Source: Andalucia godoyi And28
Lineage: Eukaryota > Protista > Jakobida
Reading direction: 5' to 3'
DNA: 64,000 bases
Assembly: GCA_009859145.1 (NCBI GenBank)
Contig: VRVR01000038.1
Span: forward strand, 215,222 to 279,221
Shown here: positions 1-11,300 of the stretch, one piece after another
Layout: each line of letters opens with the position of its first letter
Position numbering within the stretch: position 1 is the first letter of the stretch
Notes under the pieces: model-generated
What the model saw: only the letters and a program-made list of their open reading frames with translations
Database searches by the model: none
What the model was told of the DNA's origin: nothing
Made by a program: the position numbers and the translations under genes

Positions 1-2
1 TG

Positions 3-1613
3 AGTCGCAGAAAGAAGGACTCTACAGAGGGCTTGGTGGCTGTGGACTCTGGAGAGGAGTTCAAGCGCGACGAAAACAAGGTGAGCGACCAGCTGCGTGA
101 GAGAAAGGTTGTCAATTTCAAGAAGATTGTAGAGAAGCAAAGGACTGCGATGACGGTGGCGAAGAAGAAGACGAGTGTGTGGACGACAGTGGCGGCTATA
201 GTCAAGGTGATGCAGAACGTGAGACCGGAGTCCAAGTACAGATCGTACTGGGAGATCTTTGTGTTCTTTCTCTGTGTGTACTTCTGGGTTGAGTGTCCTT
301 TGCGAGCTTGCTTCAATCTGTATCCAAGCATCGCCGTGTTCACCGTGAATGGGTTTTTTGATCTGCTGCTCTGCCTGGATATTGCGCTGAACTTTACGTT
401 TCCCTTTGAGCAAGGCGGAAACTTGGTAACCGACAAGAAGAAGATTCGAAAGCACTATCTCCACACATACCTAATTCCAGATATCCTTGCGTCGATTCCG
501 TTTGACCTTCTGTCCGTGATCCCGGGGGTCACGTACCACCCAGTCATGCGAATTAACCGTCTCTTTCGATTGTACAGGCTGGATTATTACTTCAATGTAA
601 TTCAACGGCGAACAGCTATGAACCCTTCCGAGGTTCGCATCCTGAAGTTTTCATTCATCATTCTGCTCACCGGTCATTTCATTGCTTGCCTGTTTTTCCT
701 TGTTGTGTATCTCGAAGCCGACAGCGCATCCAACGAGTTTACGAATGATGACGGGATCTTGGATCGTCCTGTGTGGGCACAGTACGTGAGATCTGCGTAC
801 TGGGCGTTTGCGTCGCTCACTTCGTATGGAAACACAGAGCCTCGAACGTTCGCCGAGTACGGTTTCTATCTTTTTGTGTCGATCGTGGGGATAGTACTGT
901 ACGTCACCATCATCGGTACTGTCGCATCGCTGGTGAGCAACTTGGATTCCTCTGGGCAGTTCTGGCGAGAAAGAATCGACTCCATCAATGACTTTATGCG
1001 CTTCCGAAGGCTTCCGGAAGATATGCAAAAGCGAATTCAGGAGTACTTTTCGTATCTGTGGCAGTCACGAAGAGGACTGGATGAATCGCAGGTGCTTGAT
1101 GATCTTCCGGGATATCTTCGAATGGAAATCGCTCTGTTTCTCAACAAGGACATTATCGAAAAGGTTCCCTTGTTCAAAGGGCAGAATGCGCATTTCATCT
1201 CGGCGGTTGTGACAAAGATGAAGCCCCGTGTCGTTCTTCCCGGGTACTATGTTATTCGAAAAGGAGAGATCGGACGAGAAATGTTCTTTATTGCGCGCGG
1301 AGAAGTAGAAGTCGTATCGGAAGATGGGCAGCAGGTCTTTGCGCGCTTGTCAGAAGGTTCATTCTTTGGAGAAGTGGCGCTTTTGTTCTCCGGAAAGCGT
1401 ATGGCGTCTGTTCGTGCGTCCATGTACTGCGATTTGTTCGTTCTCAGCAAGGATGACTTTTCATCGGTCTTGTCGGAATTCCCGGACGAATCCAAACAGA
1501 TCCAAGAAGAAGCTCAAAGACGGTACAATTTGAACAACGTTGCTGCCGCCCCCCCTCCAGCAGCAGTGGCGGCCGTATCTTCTGCCTCTTCTGAGGCCCC
1601 AAAGAAATCTTGA
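3..1613 (+). CDS. Cyclic nucleotide-gated/KCNH-like 6TM ion channel with C-terminal cNMP-binding domain (5'-partial; frame open to the window edge)
   Basis: S4-like MRINRLFRLYRL, pore helix YWAFASLTSYGNTEP, C-linker (RERIDSINDFMRFRRLP), CNBD motifs GEIGREMFFIARGEV and FFGEVALL...RMASVRA; stop TGA at 1611-1613. Confidence 0.9.
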   Translation, partial: SRRKKDSTEGLVAVDSGEEFKRDENKVSDQLRERKVVNFKKIVEKQRTAMTVAKKKTSVWTTVAAIVKVMQNVRPESKYRSYWEIFVFFLCVYFWVECPLRACFNLYPSIAVFTVNGFFDLLLCLDIALNFTFPFEQGGNLVTDKKKIRKHYLHTYLIPDILASIPFDLLSVIPGVTYHPVMRINRLFRLYRLDYYFNVIQRRTAMNPSEVRILKFSFIILLTGHFIACLFFLVVYLEADSASNEFTNDDGILDRPVWAQYVRSAYWAFASLTSYGNTEPRTFAEYGFYLFVSIVGIVLYVTIIGTVASLVSNLDSSGQFWRERIDSINDFMRFRRLPEDMQKRIQEYFSYLWQSRRGLDESQVLDDLPGYLRMEIALFLNKDIIEKVPLFKGQNAHFISAVVTKMKPRVVLPGYYVIRKGEIGREMFFIARGEVEVVSEDGQQVFARLSEGSFFGEVALLFSGKRMASVRASMYCDLFVLSKDDFSSVLSEFPDESKQIQEEAQRRYNLNNVAAAPPPAAVAAVSSASSEAPKKS

Positions 1614-1933
1614 CCGAGCGGTGTCCATTGTCATCGTTACTTCTTCTTCTTTGTATCTTTGTATCTTTGTATCTTTGTTTCTTTGTGTATTATTATTAAT
1701 ATTGGCGTGTTTTCCCTCCTTCTCTTCCACTGTTTCAGCCATTTCTCATCACATTTTACTTATGAATAATATGTAAGTATTTTTAAAGAACGATGTTTTT
1801 CCCCCATGTCATTCCATGCTCCATACTTCATGCCTCACGAACAAAACAAGTGGTTCCTCTTTAAAAAAGAATAAACGATGAGAAACTGTTTTTGGTCGTG
1901 CGTTGTCGTTTGTGCGGTGTGGGGTTGGTTTGC

Positions 1934-3283
1934 TCACAAGCGATGCCCTTCGGTGAGGGAGGACTGGAGCAGCCGGACTCCTGCAAAGCACTGATCTGCT
2001 AAAAATCGGCGCATCGTCATCTCATTTCTCTCCTCCGCGATGCGGATACCGTTGTGTAGTGCAAAAACATGCTCGTCGGCCATGAGTTCAATGTCTTCTT
2101 GCTCAAAGAGGTCTTGAAAAAAAGGATGCCGCATTGCATCCACTGCGGAAATCCGCTGGCGCGGATCGTATTTAAGCATCCTGGAAATCAGGTCGAGGGA
2201 GTCTGGTGGAGCATCGGGCAGCAGATTCTGCCAGCGATCGCTTGCGCCTTCTCCGGAGCTGGAAAGATACGCGAGGTACTGTGTAAGTTCCGTTTTTGCC
2301 TCTTCGGTCGCACCCTCTGCGATCTTCATTCCGAGCAAGTCCGTTTGCGACGGTAACCCACAGTGCCGAACGAGACACTTGATCTGTTCGTAGAAATCTT
2401 TTCCCGGGAACATCGGCTTTCTTGAAAAGAACTCTGCAAGAATGCATCCAGCTGACCAGATATCAATGGCCGTTGTATACGACAGGGTCCCCAGCAGAAC
2501 CTCTGGTGCGCGGTACCATCTTGTGACGACATATCCAGTCATTTGCAAGTTTGTCGTGCTTTCATCTTGAGAAAGCTCGGTCTGTGTCGAATCAGAGGAG
2601 CACCTTCTCTGTTCGTTCATGGACATGTCTGGGGAGTTTCCGTGCTGCGGGTGCTGGTGGTGGTGTTGTCCAGAGGGCGAGTGCGAGTGCGAGTGGGAGT
2701 GGGGAGCGGGAGCCGGCGAGTGTCGCCGGAATGCAGATGGATCCACTCGAGCGAGTCCAAAGTCCGCAATCTTAATTTCACATGTCTTGTTGCAGAGGAT
2801 GTTAGAAGGCTTCAGGTCGCGATGGACCACGTTCCCCGAGTGCAGATACGCGAGGGCCGCAAGCACTTGGTACATAAAATACTGGATATGAGCTCTCGAC
2901 AGCGGCTGTTTGCTTGCAAGCACATGTTCCAAATCGGTGTCCATGACTCTCGTTACCAGATAGACGTCGTTCCACTCTGGCATATTCGAGATGTCTGGAT
3001 GCCCCCGCAGCTGCGCGGGTGGCAGCACATACTCCAGCGACAACAGATTCTCATGTTTCGCACTTCGCATAATGATGATTTCTCTTACGACCCGTTTTGT
3101 GTGTTCCAGATGCTCAAACACCCGCTCGATCTTCTTGATAGCAACCCACTCCTTGTCCAACGTCGCATCCGCCAAACTCACAGGCCTCTGCACACTGCTT
3201 TTGCACACGATCCCCGTCGACCCACTTCCAACCACAATGCTCTCTTGAAACTCGTGTCCTGGACAAAACTCTCGTATAGACAT
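1934..3283 (-). CDS. MAP kinase (CMGC) with TGY activation motif and a long His-rich activation-loop insert
   Basis: VGSGSTGIV, VAIKKI, HRDLKPSN, DFGLAR, MTGYVVTRWYRAPE, DIWSAGCI. The ATG at 3283 (MSIREF) is preferred over the AT-rich upstream ORF extension. Confidence 0.92.
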   Translation of the reverse strand: MSIREFCPGHEFQESIVVGSGSTGIVCKSSVQRPVSLADATLDKEWVAIKKIERVFEHLEHTKRVVREIIIMRSAKHENLLSLEYVLPPAQLRGHPDISNMPEWNDVYLVTRVMDTDLEHVLASKQPLSRAHIQYFMYQVLAALAYLHSGNVVHRDLKPSNILCNKTCEIKIADFGLARVDPSAFRRHSPAPAPHSHSHSHSPSGQHHHQHPQHGNSPDMSMNEQRRCSSDSTQTELSQDESTTNLQMTGYVVTRWYRAPEVLLGTLSYTTAIDIWSAGCILAEFFSRKPMFPGKDFYEQIKCLVRHCGLPSQTDLLGMKIAEGATEEAKTELTQYLAYLSSSGEGASDRWQNLLPDAPPDSLDLISRMLKYDPRQRISAVDAMRHPFFQDLFEQEDIELMADEHVFALHNGIRIAEERNEMTMRRFLADQCFAGVRLLQSSLTEGHRL

Positions 3284-4192
3284 ACCCGGCACACGTCCTA
3301 GTCGTTCGCCCCAACAAACCGTCTGCGCGAATCCTCTACCTTTTAATGCAGATTTATATATCCAATCAATTAAGAATGTTAATATATATATATATATATG
3401 TATGAACAAACAAAAATGACGATTATTAGAGTTGGAAGTGAGCACAGTAACTGGAGAATGAGCTATAAGGAATGCTCTTGCGGGAGGGCGGATTCGTAAA
3501 CGATTCATCTGAAGAAGTGCGGAATCCGTCCATCTCGTGCCATCAACTCTCTGCTTCCAGACCGCGAGGAAAAACTCTCAGACACTCAGACACCAAAGAT
3601 GGCTACGTCTCCTTCTCGGACCCGGGAAACCACGTTCCACCAAAACCCCCTACAAAACCCCACAAAACAAAACGAATAAATAAAACAGTTTAGAAAAAAT
3701 AAAATAAAAGAAAGAACAGGCTAAAAAAACAGCTGTAGCAGCTCACCGTGAACCCAACTGTAATAAACAAAAAGCATCCAGATTTCCCAAAAATAGGAAA
3801 AGGAAAACAAAAAGTTCCGTTTCGAAACGGATGAAAGAGGGAATAAGGAAAACATGAAATATCATCACGTTTTCGAAATTTCGATCACCATTTTCATCTA
3901 TATATTTTTCATCTTCCAGCTTCTTGTTTTTCTTGTTTTTGATAGTTTTTCTTTTTCGCTTTTTTTATCATCTTGAAATCTGCGTTTCTTTCAAATATTT
4001 ATTTTACTCCAGTAGTTTTTGGTTTTTGGTTTTTGCTTTCCGCCAAACTCTTTCTGTGTTTCAAACTTCTTTGTGTATGTATACGTATATATAAGCGTGT
4101 TCTTTCGTTGCAGTCGTAATATTTCTGTTGAGTACATATACATATTTTTGTTGTTAGTTTCTGTAAAAAGCAGGGAGAGGAAAAGGAGGGAT

Positions 4193-6097
4193 ATGTCGTC
4201 GTCTGCTGCCAAGCCTGCGGATCCAAAGGCAGCACCAGCAGCGGCGAAAACCACGATTTCTGCGCTGTACGAGTTTGGAAAGTTTCGATCTCGATGGACG
4301 TTCCTGATTGCGATGATTGTGTTGTATGATGTGCTTGCGATCCCCTTTATGATTTGCTTCCATGTTGGAGACGATATTCCTACGTTGGTTGTGAATGCAT
4401 TTCTAGACTCGTTGCTGATTGCAGATGTCGTTCTGCAGACGTATTTTCCATTCGAGATGGATGGGCTTGTGATCCACGGACGAAAACACATCATCCGAAA
4501 CTACTTTTCAACGTGGATGATCCCAGACATACTTGCGTCCATCCCGTTTGATGTGCTGCAGGCGATTCCCTCGGTTGGAATCAACCCGCTGACGCGCATC
4601 AACAAGCTCATTCGCATGTTTCGACTGTCCTACTATTCAGAACTGCTGGAGAAGCATTCTCGGCTCAACCCGTCCGTCGTTCGCATCCTCAAGTTCACCA
4701 TGGTTGTGTTGCTTGTGAGTCACTATGTGGCGTGCGGATGGTTCCTGGTGATCTACATTGAGGGAAGCGCTGTCTCGCAGCAGTGGACGTCCGACCCAGG
4801 GTTCCTGCAAAAGCCTGTGTATTATCAGTACCTTGTCTCCTTTTACTGGTCGCTGGTGACGATGACAGGCTATGGTGGACCCCTGCCCATCACCGATCTG
4901 GAAACGACATATACGCTGTTTGTGGTGATTATAGGTGTCGCAGTGTACGTTACGATTATCGGTACGGTGGGATCGCTTGTGACGAATCTGGACTCCAGCG
5001 CATCGGCATTCCGCCAAAAGATGGACACAATCAACGATTATATGAAGTACAGAAGACTGCCGCTGGATCTGCAGAATCGCGTGCGGTCCTACTACACTTA
5101 TCTGTGGAAGTCGCGTAAAGGCCTGGACGAAACGCAGGTGTTGGAAGATCTGCCGTCGTACTTGCGAATGGAAGTCGCGCTGTTTCTGAACAGGGAGATT
5201 ATCCAAAAGGTTCCGCTGTTCCAAGGCGCGGATCCGCAGTTCATCTCCACGATTGTGATGAGCATGAGACCGCGTGTTTCGCTGCCGAACAGTTACATCA
5301 TCAAGAAGGGTGAGGTTGGAAAGGAAATGTTCTTTATTTCGCGAGGCGAAGTCGAGGTTGTTTCGGAAGACGGCGCAGTCGTGTATGCGCGTCTGAAGGA
5401 AGGATCCTTCTTTGGAGAAATTGCGCTTGTGACGTCCGGAAAACGCACCGCATCTGTTCGAGCCGCCACGTATTGCGACCTGTTCGTGTTGATGAAGGAG
5501 GATTTTGACGAGGTTTTAGCCGATTTCCCCGAGCAGGCGAAGGCTATTCTGCAAGCCGCCGAGGCGCGGTACAATCTCATCAAGAAGACATCGACCTCGG
5601 ACGATAAGGCCAAGCCTCCCGTGGCCGCTCCTTCTTCGTCTGGTAGCTCGTCATCCATCAAGGAAGATGCAGCGCCAAAGCTTCCGCAGAGTTCTTCGTC
5701 ATCGTCCGTAAAGAGCGAATCTTCCGCGCCTCCACCCAGTGCAGGAGCAGCAGCGGCAAACGGAGGAAGTGCGAATGGCGGCGGAGGGGATGGAGGGGAT
5801 GAAAGTGGAACAGCAGCGGCTGCAGTCGTTGAAAAGAAGGATTCCAGCAGCGCAATCCGAACGTCGGATGAAAGCAATCAGCCGCCGAAGCAATCGGTTC
5901 CTCCTGCAATGCCTGATACGTCTTCTTCCTCTTTCACCGCCGTCTCTACATCTGCCTCGTCGTCGTCGTCGTCGTCGCCGCCGCCACCACCACCACCATC
6001 GTTGCAGCCTGCTCCAGAGCCTTCATCCGAACAGCCCGTTGCCGCGGGACCAGCTTCGGCAGGATCGCAGCAGGCTTCTGCAGAACCCTCTTCTTGA
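4193..6097 (+). CDS. Cyclic nucleotide-gated/KCNH-like channel, paralog of 3..1613, with Ser/Pro-rich C-terminal tail
   Basis: S4 LTRINKLIRMFRL, pore YWSLVTMTGYGGPLP, CNBD GEVGKEMFFISRGEV and FFGEIALV...RTASVRA; collinear with the first channel; ATG at 4193. Confidence 0.92.
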   Translation: MSSSAAKPADPKAAPAAAKTTISALYEFGKFRSRWTFLIAMIVLYDVLAIPFMICFHVGDDIPTLVVNAFLDSLLIADVVLQTYFPFEMDGLVIHGRKHIIRNYFSTWMIPDILASIPFDVLQAIPSVGINPLTRINKLIRMFRLSYYSELLEKHSRLNPSVVRILKFTMVVLLVSHYVACGWFLVIYIEGSAVSQQWTSDPGFLQKPVYYQYLVSFYWSLVTMTGYGGPLPITDLETTYTLFVVIIGVAVYVTIIGTVGSLVTNLDSSASAFRQKMDTINDYMKYRRLPLDLQNRVRSYYTYLWKSRKGLDETQVLEDLPSYLRMEVALFLNREIIQKVPLFQGADPQFISTIVMSMRPRVSLPNSYIIKKGEVGKEMFFISRGEVEVVSEDGAVVYARLKEGSFFGEIALVTSGKRTASVRAATYCDLFVLMKEDFDEVLADFPEQAKAILQAAEARYNLIKKTSTSDDKAKPPVAAPSSSGSSSSIKEDAAPKLPQSSSSSSVKSESSAPPPSAGAAAANGGSANGGGGDGGDESGTAAAAVVEKKDSSSAIRTSDESNQPPKQSVPPAMPDTSSSSFTAVSTSASSSSSSSPPPPPPPSLQPAPEPSSEQPVAAGPASAGSQQASAEPSS

Positions 6098-6417
6098 CAA
6101 ACTTCGGCAAGCAATGAGCCGGTCGTTCAGAAGGATTGAGGAATCCTAGACTATTCACCACCATTCATTATGTATCCATGTATTCGTGTCTCTATGTATT
6201 GTTTTCCCCTTTCTTTCAAATTTGATTGCTTGTACATTTTCAAACGTTTTGCAAATCGCAACTTGTCGACAATGCGCTCCAATTGACCATCAGCATAACT
6301 TTGCACAGGAATGCAACACTATTCGATTTCTCTGATGCCTCGACAGAGAGACCAAAACAGAGAGAGAGAGAGAGAGACCAAAACAGAGAGAGAGAGACTA
6401 TTGAGCGATTTTACATC

Positions 6418-6921
6418 ATGGATATCGAAATTGATCAGCTTCCGAGCGCGTTTGCGATCGTCCGCGTCATTCAGCAGAAACCAATCACGACGTATGCATA
6501 TCCGATGCTATCGTTGGAAGACCAAGCGCAACTCGAGAACCTTGTTTTGGCCCACATCAGCACGACCATGACTACCACTACCAGCACCAATTCATCATCG
6601 TCATCGGCGGGGTTTGCCACTGCGACGGGGGACGATGCAATGGAGAGTGGACAGAGCGCAGAAGACCATGTTTTCAGAGGCAAATGCAGCACCGAGGGTG
6701 GTGGAGAGCGGTTTTTTGTTGGCCGGAAAATGGCGGTCTCATCGAATGATCCAAAAGCTGCTCAGCAGCAGCAACAGTTTGTATTTGCGTATTCGACGGA
6801 GCAGAATGACCAGAAACTAGACGCGGTCATCAAGTACCTGAAGTCCGTCTATTCGGAATCACCAGTCGACATGGTCGAAGGCTTCCTTGCCATCTACACA
6901 AAACGGAAGATCCCTGTTTAA
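6418..6921 (+). CDS. Small protein resembling the N-terminal uDENN/longin region of DENND10/FAM45A
   Basis: C-terminal FVFAYSTEQNDQKLDAVIKYLKSVYSESPVDMVEGFLAIYTK resembles the FAM45A segment I recall as SPVKMMESYIAVLTK; ATG at 6418 follows an (AG)n tract. Confidence 0.5.
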   Translation: MDIEIDQLPSAFAIVRVIQQKPITTYAYPMLSLEDQAQLENLVLAHISTTMTTTTSTNSSSSSAGFATATGDDAMESGQSAEDHVFRGKCSTEGGGERFFVGRKMAVSSNDPKAAQQQQQFVFAYSTEQNDQKLDAVIKYLKSVYSESPVDMVEGFLAIYTKRKIPV

Positions 6922-7577
6922 CACTTTGCAATTGATTTATCCGTTCAATAATAATAATAAATACGCACAGCAAGACGCCTGCGGATGTCCACCGATCACC
7001 AAAAACGTGAATCACTACTGATCATCGGCTTAGCGGTCACCAAAGACAGATCCAAGCCTCGCGTTTTTTGTTTTTTGTTTTTGTTTTTGGGCTATTTTAT
7101 TTCGGGCGAGCACCACCTCTTCCATGCAGTCAAAGGATCATCGCAACCAAACCTATTCCCCAATCGATTCAACATTCATAAAATAAACGTTGGAGGAAAC
7201 AGAATGTAGTCGGCGAACGCCGCCGCGCATGCGATGTGTTTTGTCATTGTCTCTGATGAAAGGTGCTGCTTGAGGGTTCGATTATAAATATAAGAAACAA
7301 ACAGAAAAATGGTGGAAAGAAAAAAAAAAGTGAAGAATGAAGAAACTCGGAAAAAAGACATCTTTATGCTGGTAAAAATGTTTCCGGTATGATATTGTTT
7401 GATGTTCAACGTTGATAGACACGCAAAACGGTGTGGAGCAGTCGTAACGAATTGGAGGTATTCGAGGACTTTCAATCAGAGGCAGTCGAATGTCGTCCGA
7501 ATTGTGTGTCAAAAAGAAAAAAGAAAAAGACGACGAAACAAAAGGAGAGAGGAAGCGGAAGAGGAGGAAGCAAGACA

Positions 7578-8042
7578 ATGTCGAAGCAGCCGATTGTGTA
7601 CATGACGCGAAGAGAAACGTTTTCGTCGGCGCATCGACTGCATAGTTTTGAGCTGAGCGATGCTGAAAACCAGCGGATATTTGCAAAGTGCAACAACCCG
7701 CATTCGCATGGCCACAACTATGTCTTGTATGTGACGCTTCGGGGTGCGGTGAATGCGGCAACTGGGATGGTGATGAACCTTGTAGACTTGAAAAGAGTGA
7801 TTCAAGCTGCAGTTTTGCAGCATCTGGACCACCGAAACATCGATGTCGAGGTCGCGTGGTTCCGAGACCACCAGCGAGTCTCTACCACGGAAAACGTAGC
7901 AGTGTTTGCATGGGAGAGCATCGCATCGGAGCTTGCTGCACAAGGATTCGACCAGAGTCTATTGCACGAAATTCGCGTCGACGAAACCGAGAATAATTCG
8001 TTTGTATTTCGCGGAGAAACGGACGTCGGGATCGGGCATTAA
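7578..8042 (+). CDS. PTS: 6-pyruvoyl tetrahydropterin synthase
   Basis: RRETFSSAHRL, KCNNPHSHGHNY, GMVMNLVDLK, LDHRNID, STTENVAVFAW, ETENN. Confidence 0.92.
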   Translation: MSKQPIVYMTRRETFSSAHRLHSFELSDAENQRIFAKCNNPHSHGHNYVLYVTLRGAVNAATGMVMNLVDLKRVIQAAVLQHLDHRNIDVEVAWFRDHQRVSTTENVAVFAWESIASELAAQGFDQSLLHEIRVDETENNSFVFRGETDVGIGH

Positions 8043-8368
8043 AAAAAAAAAGAGCCCGACTTTCCCGAACGCTTGTTATGTCTTCCTTTCCTTTTTGCGC
8101 GGGAAACACAGTTCAACACCCCAGACCTCGTCCAAAGCAGCCACGCAAAAAGTCGTGTCTCCCCCCCAAAAAAAAATAATAATAAAAATAATAATAAAAT
8201 AATAAATAATAATAAATCAATAAAATTAAAATAAAAATGCAAAAGAACTACTTTAGATAAAGACACCGCTCCGTTGTTGCGCTTCTCTTGTCTTTTTTGC
8301 ATTTCTCTTACTTCTTGTTTTCCCCCTTTTTTTTCACTTGGCTGTTGCTGGAGGTTGAATCTTCCATC

Positions 8369-11300
8369 ATGTCGAATTCCTCTCGTCGTCTGCACAGCGA
8401 GAATCCTTTTGAAAGCACAGAAAATGATTCCAATTATTACAATCCACAAAGTATGTACGAAGACGATTCACAGTTCCAAGAATCTGGATTCGGAGCTGCG
8501 GGCCATGAAGATTTTGCGGCCACCCAGGTATCAGCACCCGTTCCCGCTCGCCCGAAGCCGCTGCACACCTCCGAGCCGTCTTCGTGGAGACGAGAAGCAG
8601 CACCGGAAATTGTAGACGGGCTGCTGGCCATCCCTCCCGAGATTCGAAATGCGTTCAACTATAACTACTTCAACAAAATGCAGTCGGAGGTGTTCGACAA
8701 GGTGTACAACACGGACGAGTCCATGGTGGTCGGTGCGCCGACGGGCTGTGGAAAGACCGTCGTATTCGAGCTTGCTCTGCTTCGACTATTCTGCAGTCTG
8801 AGAACGGCGGATGCAAAGGCCATCTATATCGCTCCGTTGAAGTCGATTGTGCAGGAAAAGGAAACCGACTGGAACGAGAGACTTGGGTCATTTGGAATAT
8901 CATGCGTCTCCGTGACGGGAGACTCGGAGATCGACGATGTTGCGGAGACGAAAAAGGCGCAGGTAATCTTGACCACGCCGGAGAAATGGGATTCTCTCAC
9001 GAGGAGATGGAGAGAGAAGGGCAATTCATCAGCCTCCATCGTAGCAAAGACATCCTTGGTCATGATTGACGAAGTCCATTTGCTGAACGAGGACCGCGGG
9101 GCAACTCTGGAAGCCATCGTGTCAAGAATGAAGATCATTATGAAGAGTGCGCTGATGCAAGGGAAGCTGACGTCGCGGCTTCGAATGATTGCACTTTCAG
9201 CCACGATTCCTAATATCGATGACCTAGGCGAGTGGATTGGAGCTGGTGCTGAATTCGTTTGCCGTTTCGGCGAAGAATACCGTCCCGTGAAAGTTGAAAT
9301 CGATGTTCAGTCATTTCTGCAAGATCGTAACGATTATTTGTTTGACAGAAATTTGATGTACAAAGTTTTCCCCATCATTCAGCAGCAGTCCGCTGGCAAG
9401 CCGACGCTTGTGTTCGTAGGCACCCGAAAGGGAACATCAGAAACCGCCACAAAGATTCTGGAGGCTGCTGGAAACGACTACTTTGTGCGAGACCCTGATC
9501 AACGAAAGGAACTGGAGAGATCGAGTGCAGAAATTCAGGATACCGTACAAAGGGAGCTGTTGCTGCACGGGGTGGCGTGCTACCATTCGGGTATGGAAGC
9601 TCAGGATCGGAGGATCATCGAAAAGCAATTCCTAAGCGGCAACATTCGTGTACTTGTTTCGACATCTTCTTTAGCGCAGGGCGTGAATCTTCCAGCATAC
9701 TTGGTGATCGTCAAAAATACGAAGCAGTATGAAAACGGAAAGATGGAGAACCTCCCCCGTTCTGCAATTCTGCAGATGATTGGACGCGCCGGCAGACCGG
9801 GGTTTGAGACCAGCGGACGAGCAGTCATTTTAACCAGTCGCCAGACGGAGAGAATGTACATCAATCTTGCGAGCAACGCTGAGACGATTGAAAGCAATTT
9901 GCACAGGAACTTGATCGAGCACATCAATGCAGAAATATGCCTCCGAACGATCACGACTGTGCCGCTCGCACTGGAATGGCTGAGATCAACATTTTATTTC
10001 ATTCGTGTGAAAAAGGCACCTGCAAAGTACGGTCTGTCGGACACAAGCGCAATGGCGGAAATTGTTTACAGCTTGGAGAAGATGATCGGCGATCATCTGA
10101 AGCAACTGAAAGAGCACGAACTCGCCATGATGGAGGATACGTCATTGGCCGTTGCTCCGACAGATTTTGGCATTCTCATGGCCCGGTACTACCTCACTTT
10201 CGCAACCATGGTCAGCTTTGAAGATGTGAAGAACAGCAGTAATCTCAGCGATCTTCTGTGGGTTGTCAGCAGAGCCTTCGAGTATGGAGAAGGGATTGTT
10301 CGACAAACAGAAAAGAAACTGCTGAACCAGCTGAACAACGATGGAAAATTGCCTGGAGCGCCCAGGAAGAAAAGAAAAAGGGCTTCAGCGAGCGGGGCAT
10401 CCGGGGGAGAGGGCGAGGAGGCAGATCGCCAGCCCGCGACTGCTCCTGCAGTTTCCGCAGAGTCTGTCGGGCTGCGCTTCCCGATTCCTTCCAAGATCAA
10501 GACCGTGGAGGAAAAGATCAATGTGCTCATACAGTCGTCGTTCTCCCGCAAAGCGATCGACGACTTCTCCCTCAAAATGGAGGCTACCAGCATTATGCAA
10601 CAGGCAGAAAGAGTGAGTCGCTGTCTCGTGGACTACTGCCTTCTCAAAAGATTTGGCAATGCATCTGTCGACGCCATTATCCTTCAAAAGTGCTTTCGCC
10701 AAAGAATGTGGGAAGTATCTCCTTACGTCACTGCGCAGCTCGAAGGAATCGGAGAGTCTCTCTCCAAATCACTTGCATCTGCCGGCGTCGCGACCTTTCA
10801 AGATCTTGAGGAAGCTGATCCACGAAAACTGGAAGCCGTCACACATCGAAACCCTCCCTTTGGAACGCAGTTGAAGGCGCAGTATTTCTCCATTCCACAG
10901 TACTCGTGCACCATGTTTCAGACCGGCGCACATGCCGCGGATTTCAAAGATCATCATGCAATCACGATTTCTGTCAGAGCTCTGCGGAAGGAGGAATTCA
11001 ACACGCACACCACCGCTGGCAATTCCAGATCGAAGGCGAGGAATGTCAAGCGCAAGTACCACTACATTATTGTGGTGTCTTCGGGCGGAGATCTTTTGTA
11101 CTCCGCAAAGTTCTGCTCGTCGGCGGACGAAGCATCGTCCAAATTATTTCAGTTTGCTGTCCGAAAAGCAGATCCGAAGGGTCCGAAGATTACCGTGCAC
11201 TGCATTTCGGAGGATACCATTGGTTTGGATTCCCAACGATACCTGAATGTGGTCTATCCACCAAGACTCATTGAAGAAGCCAGCAATACAGCTCCGCATG

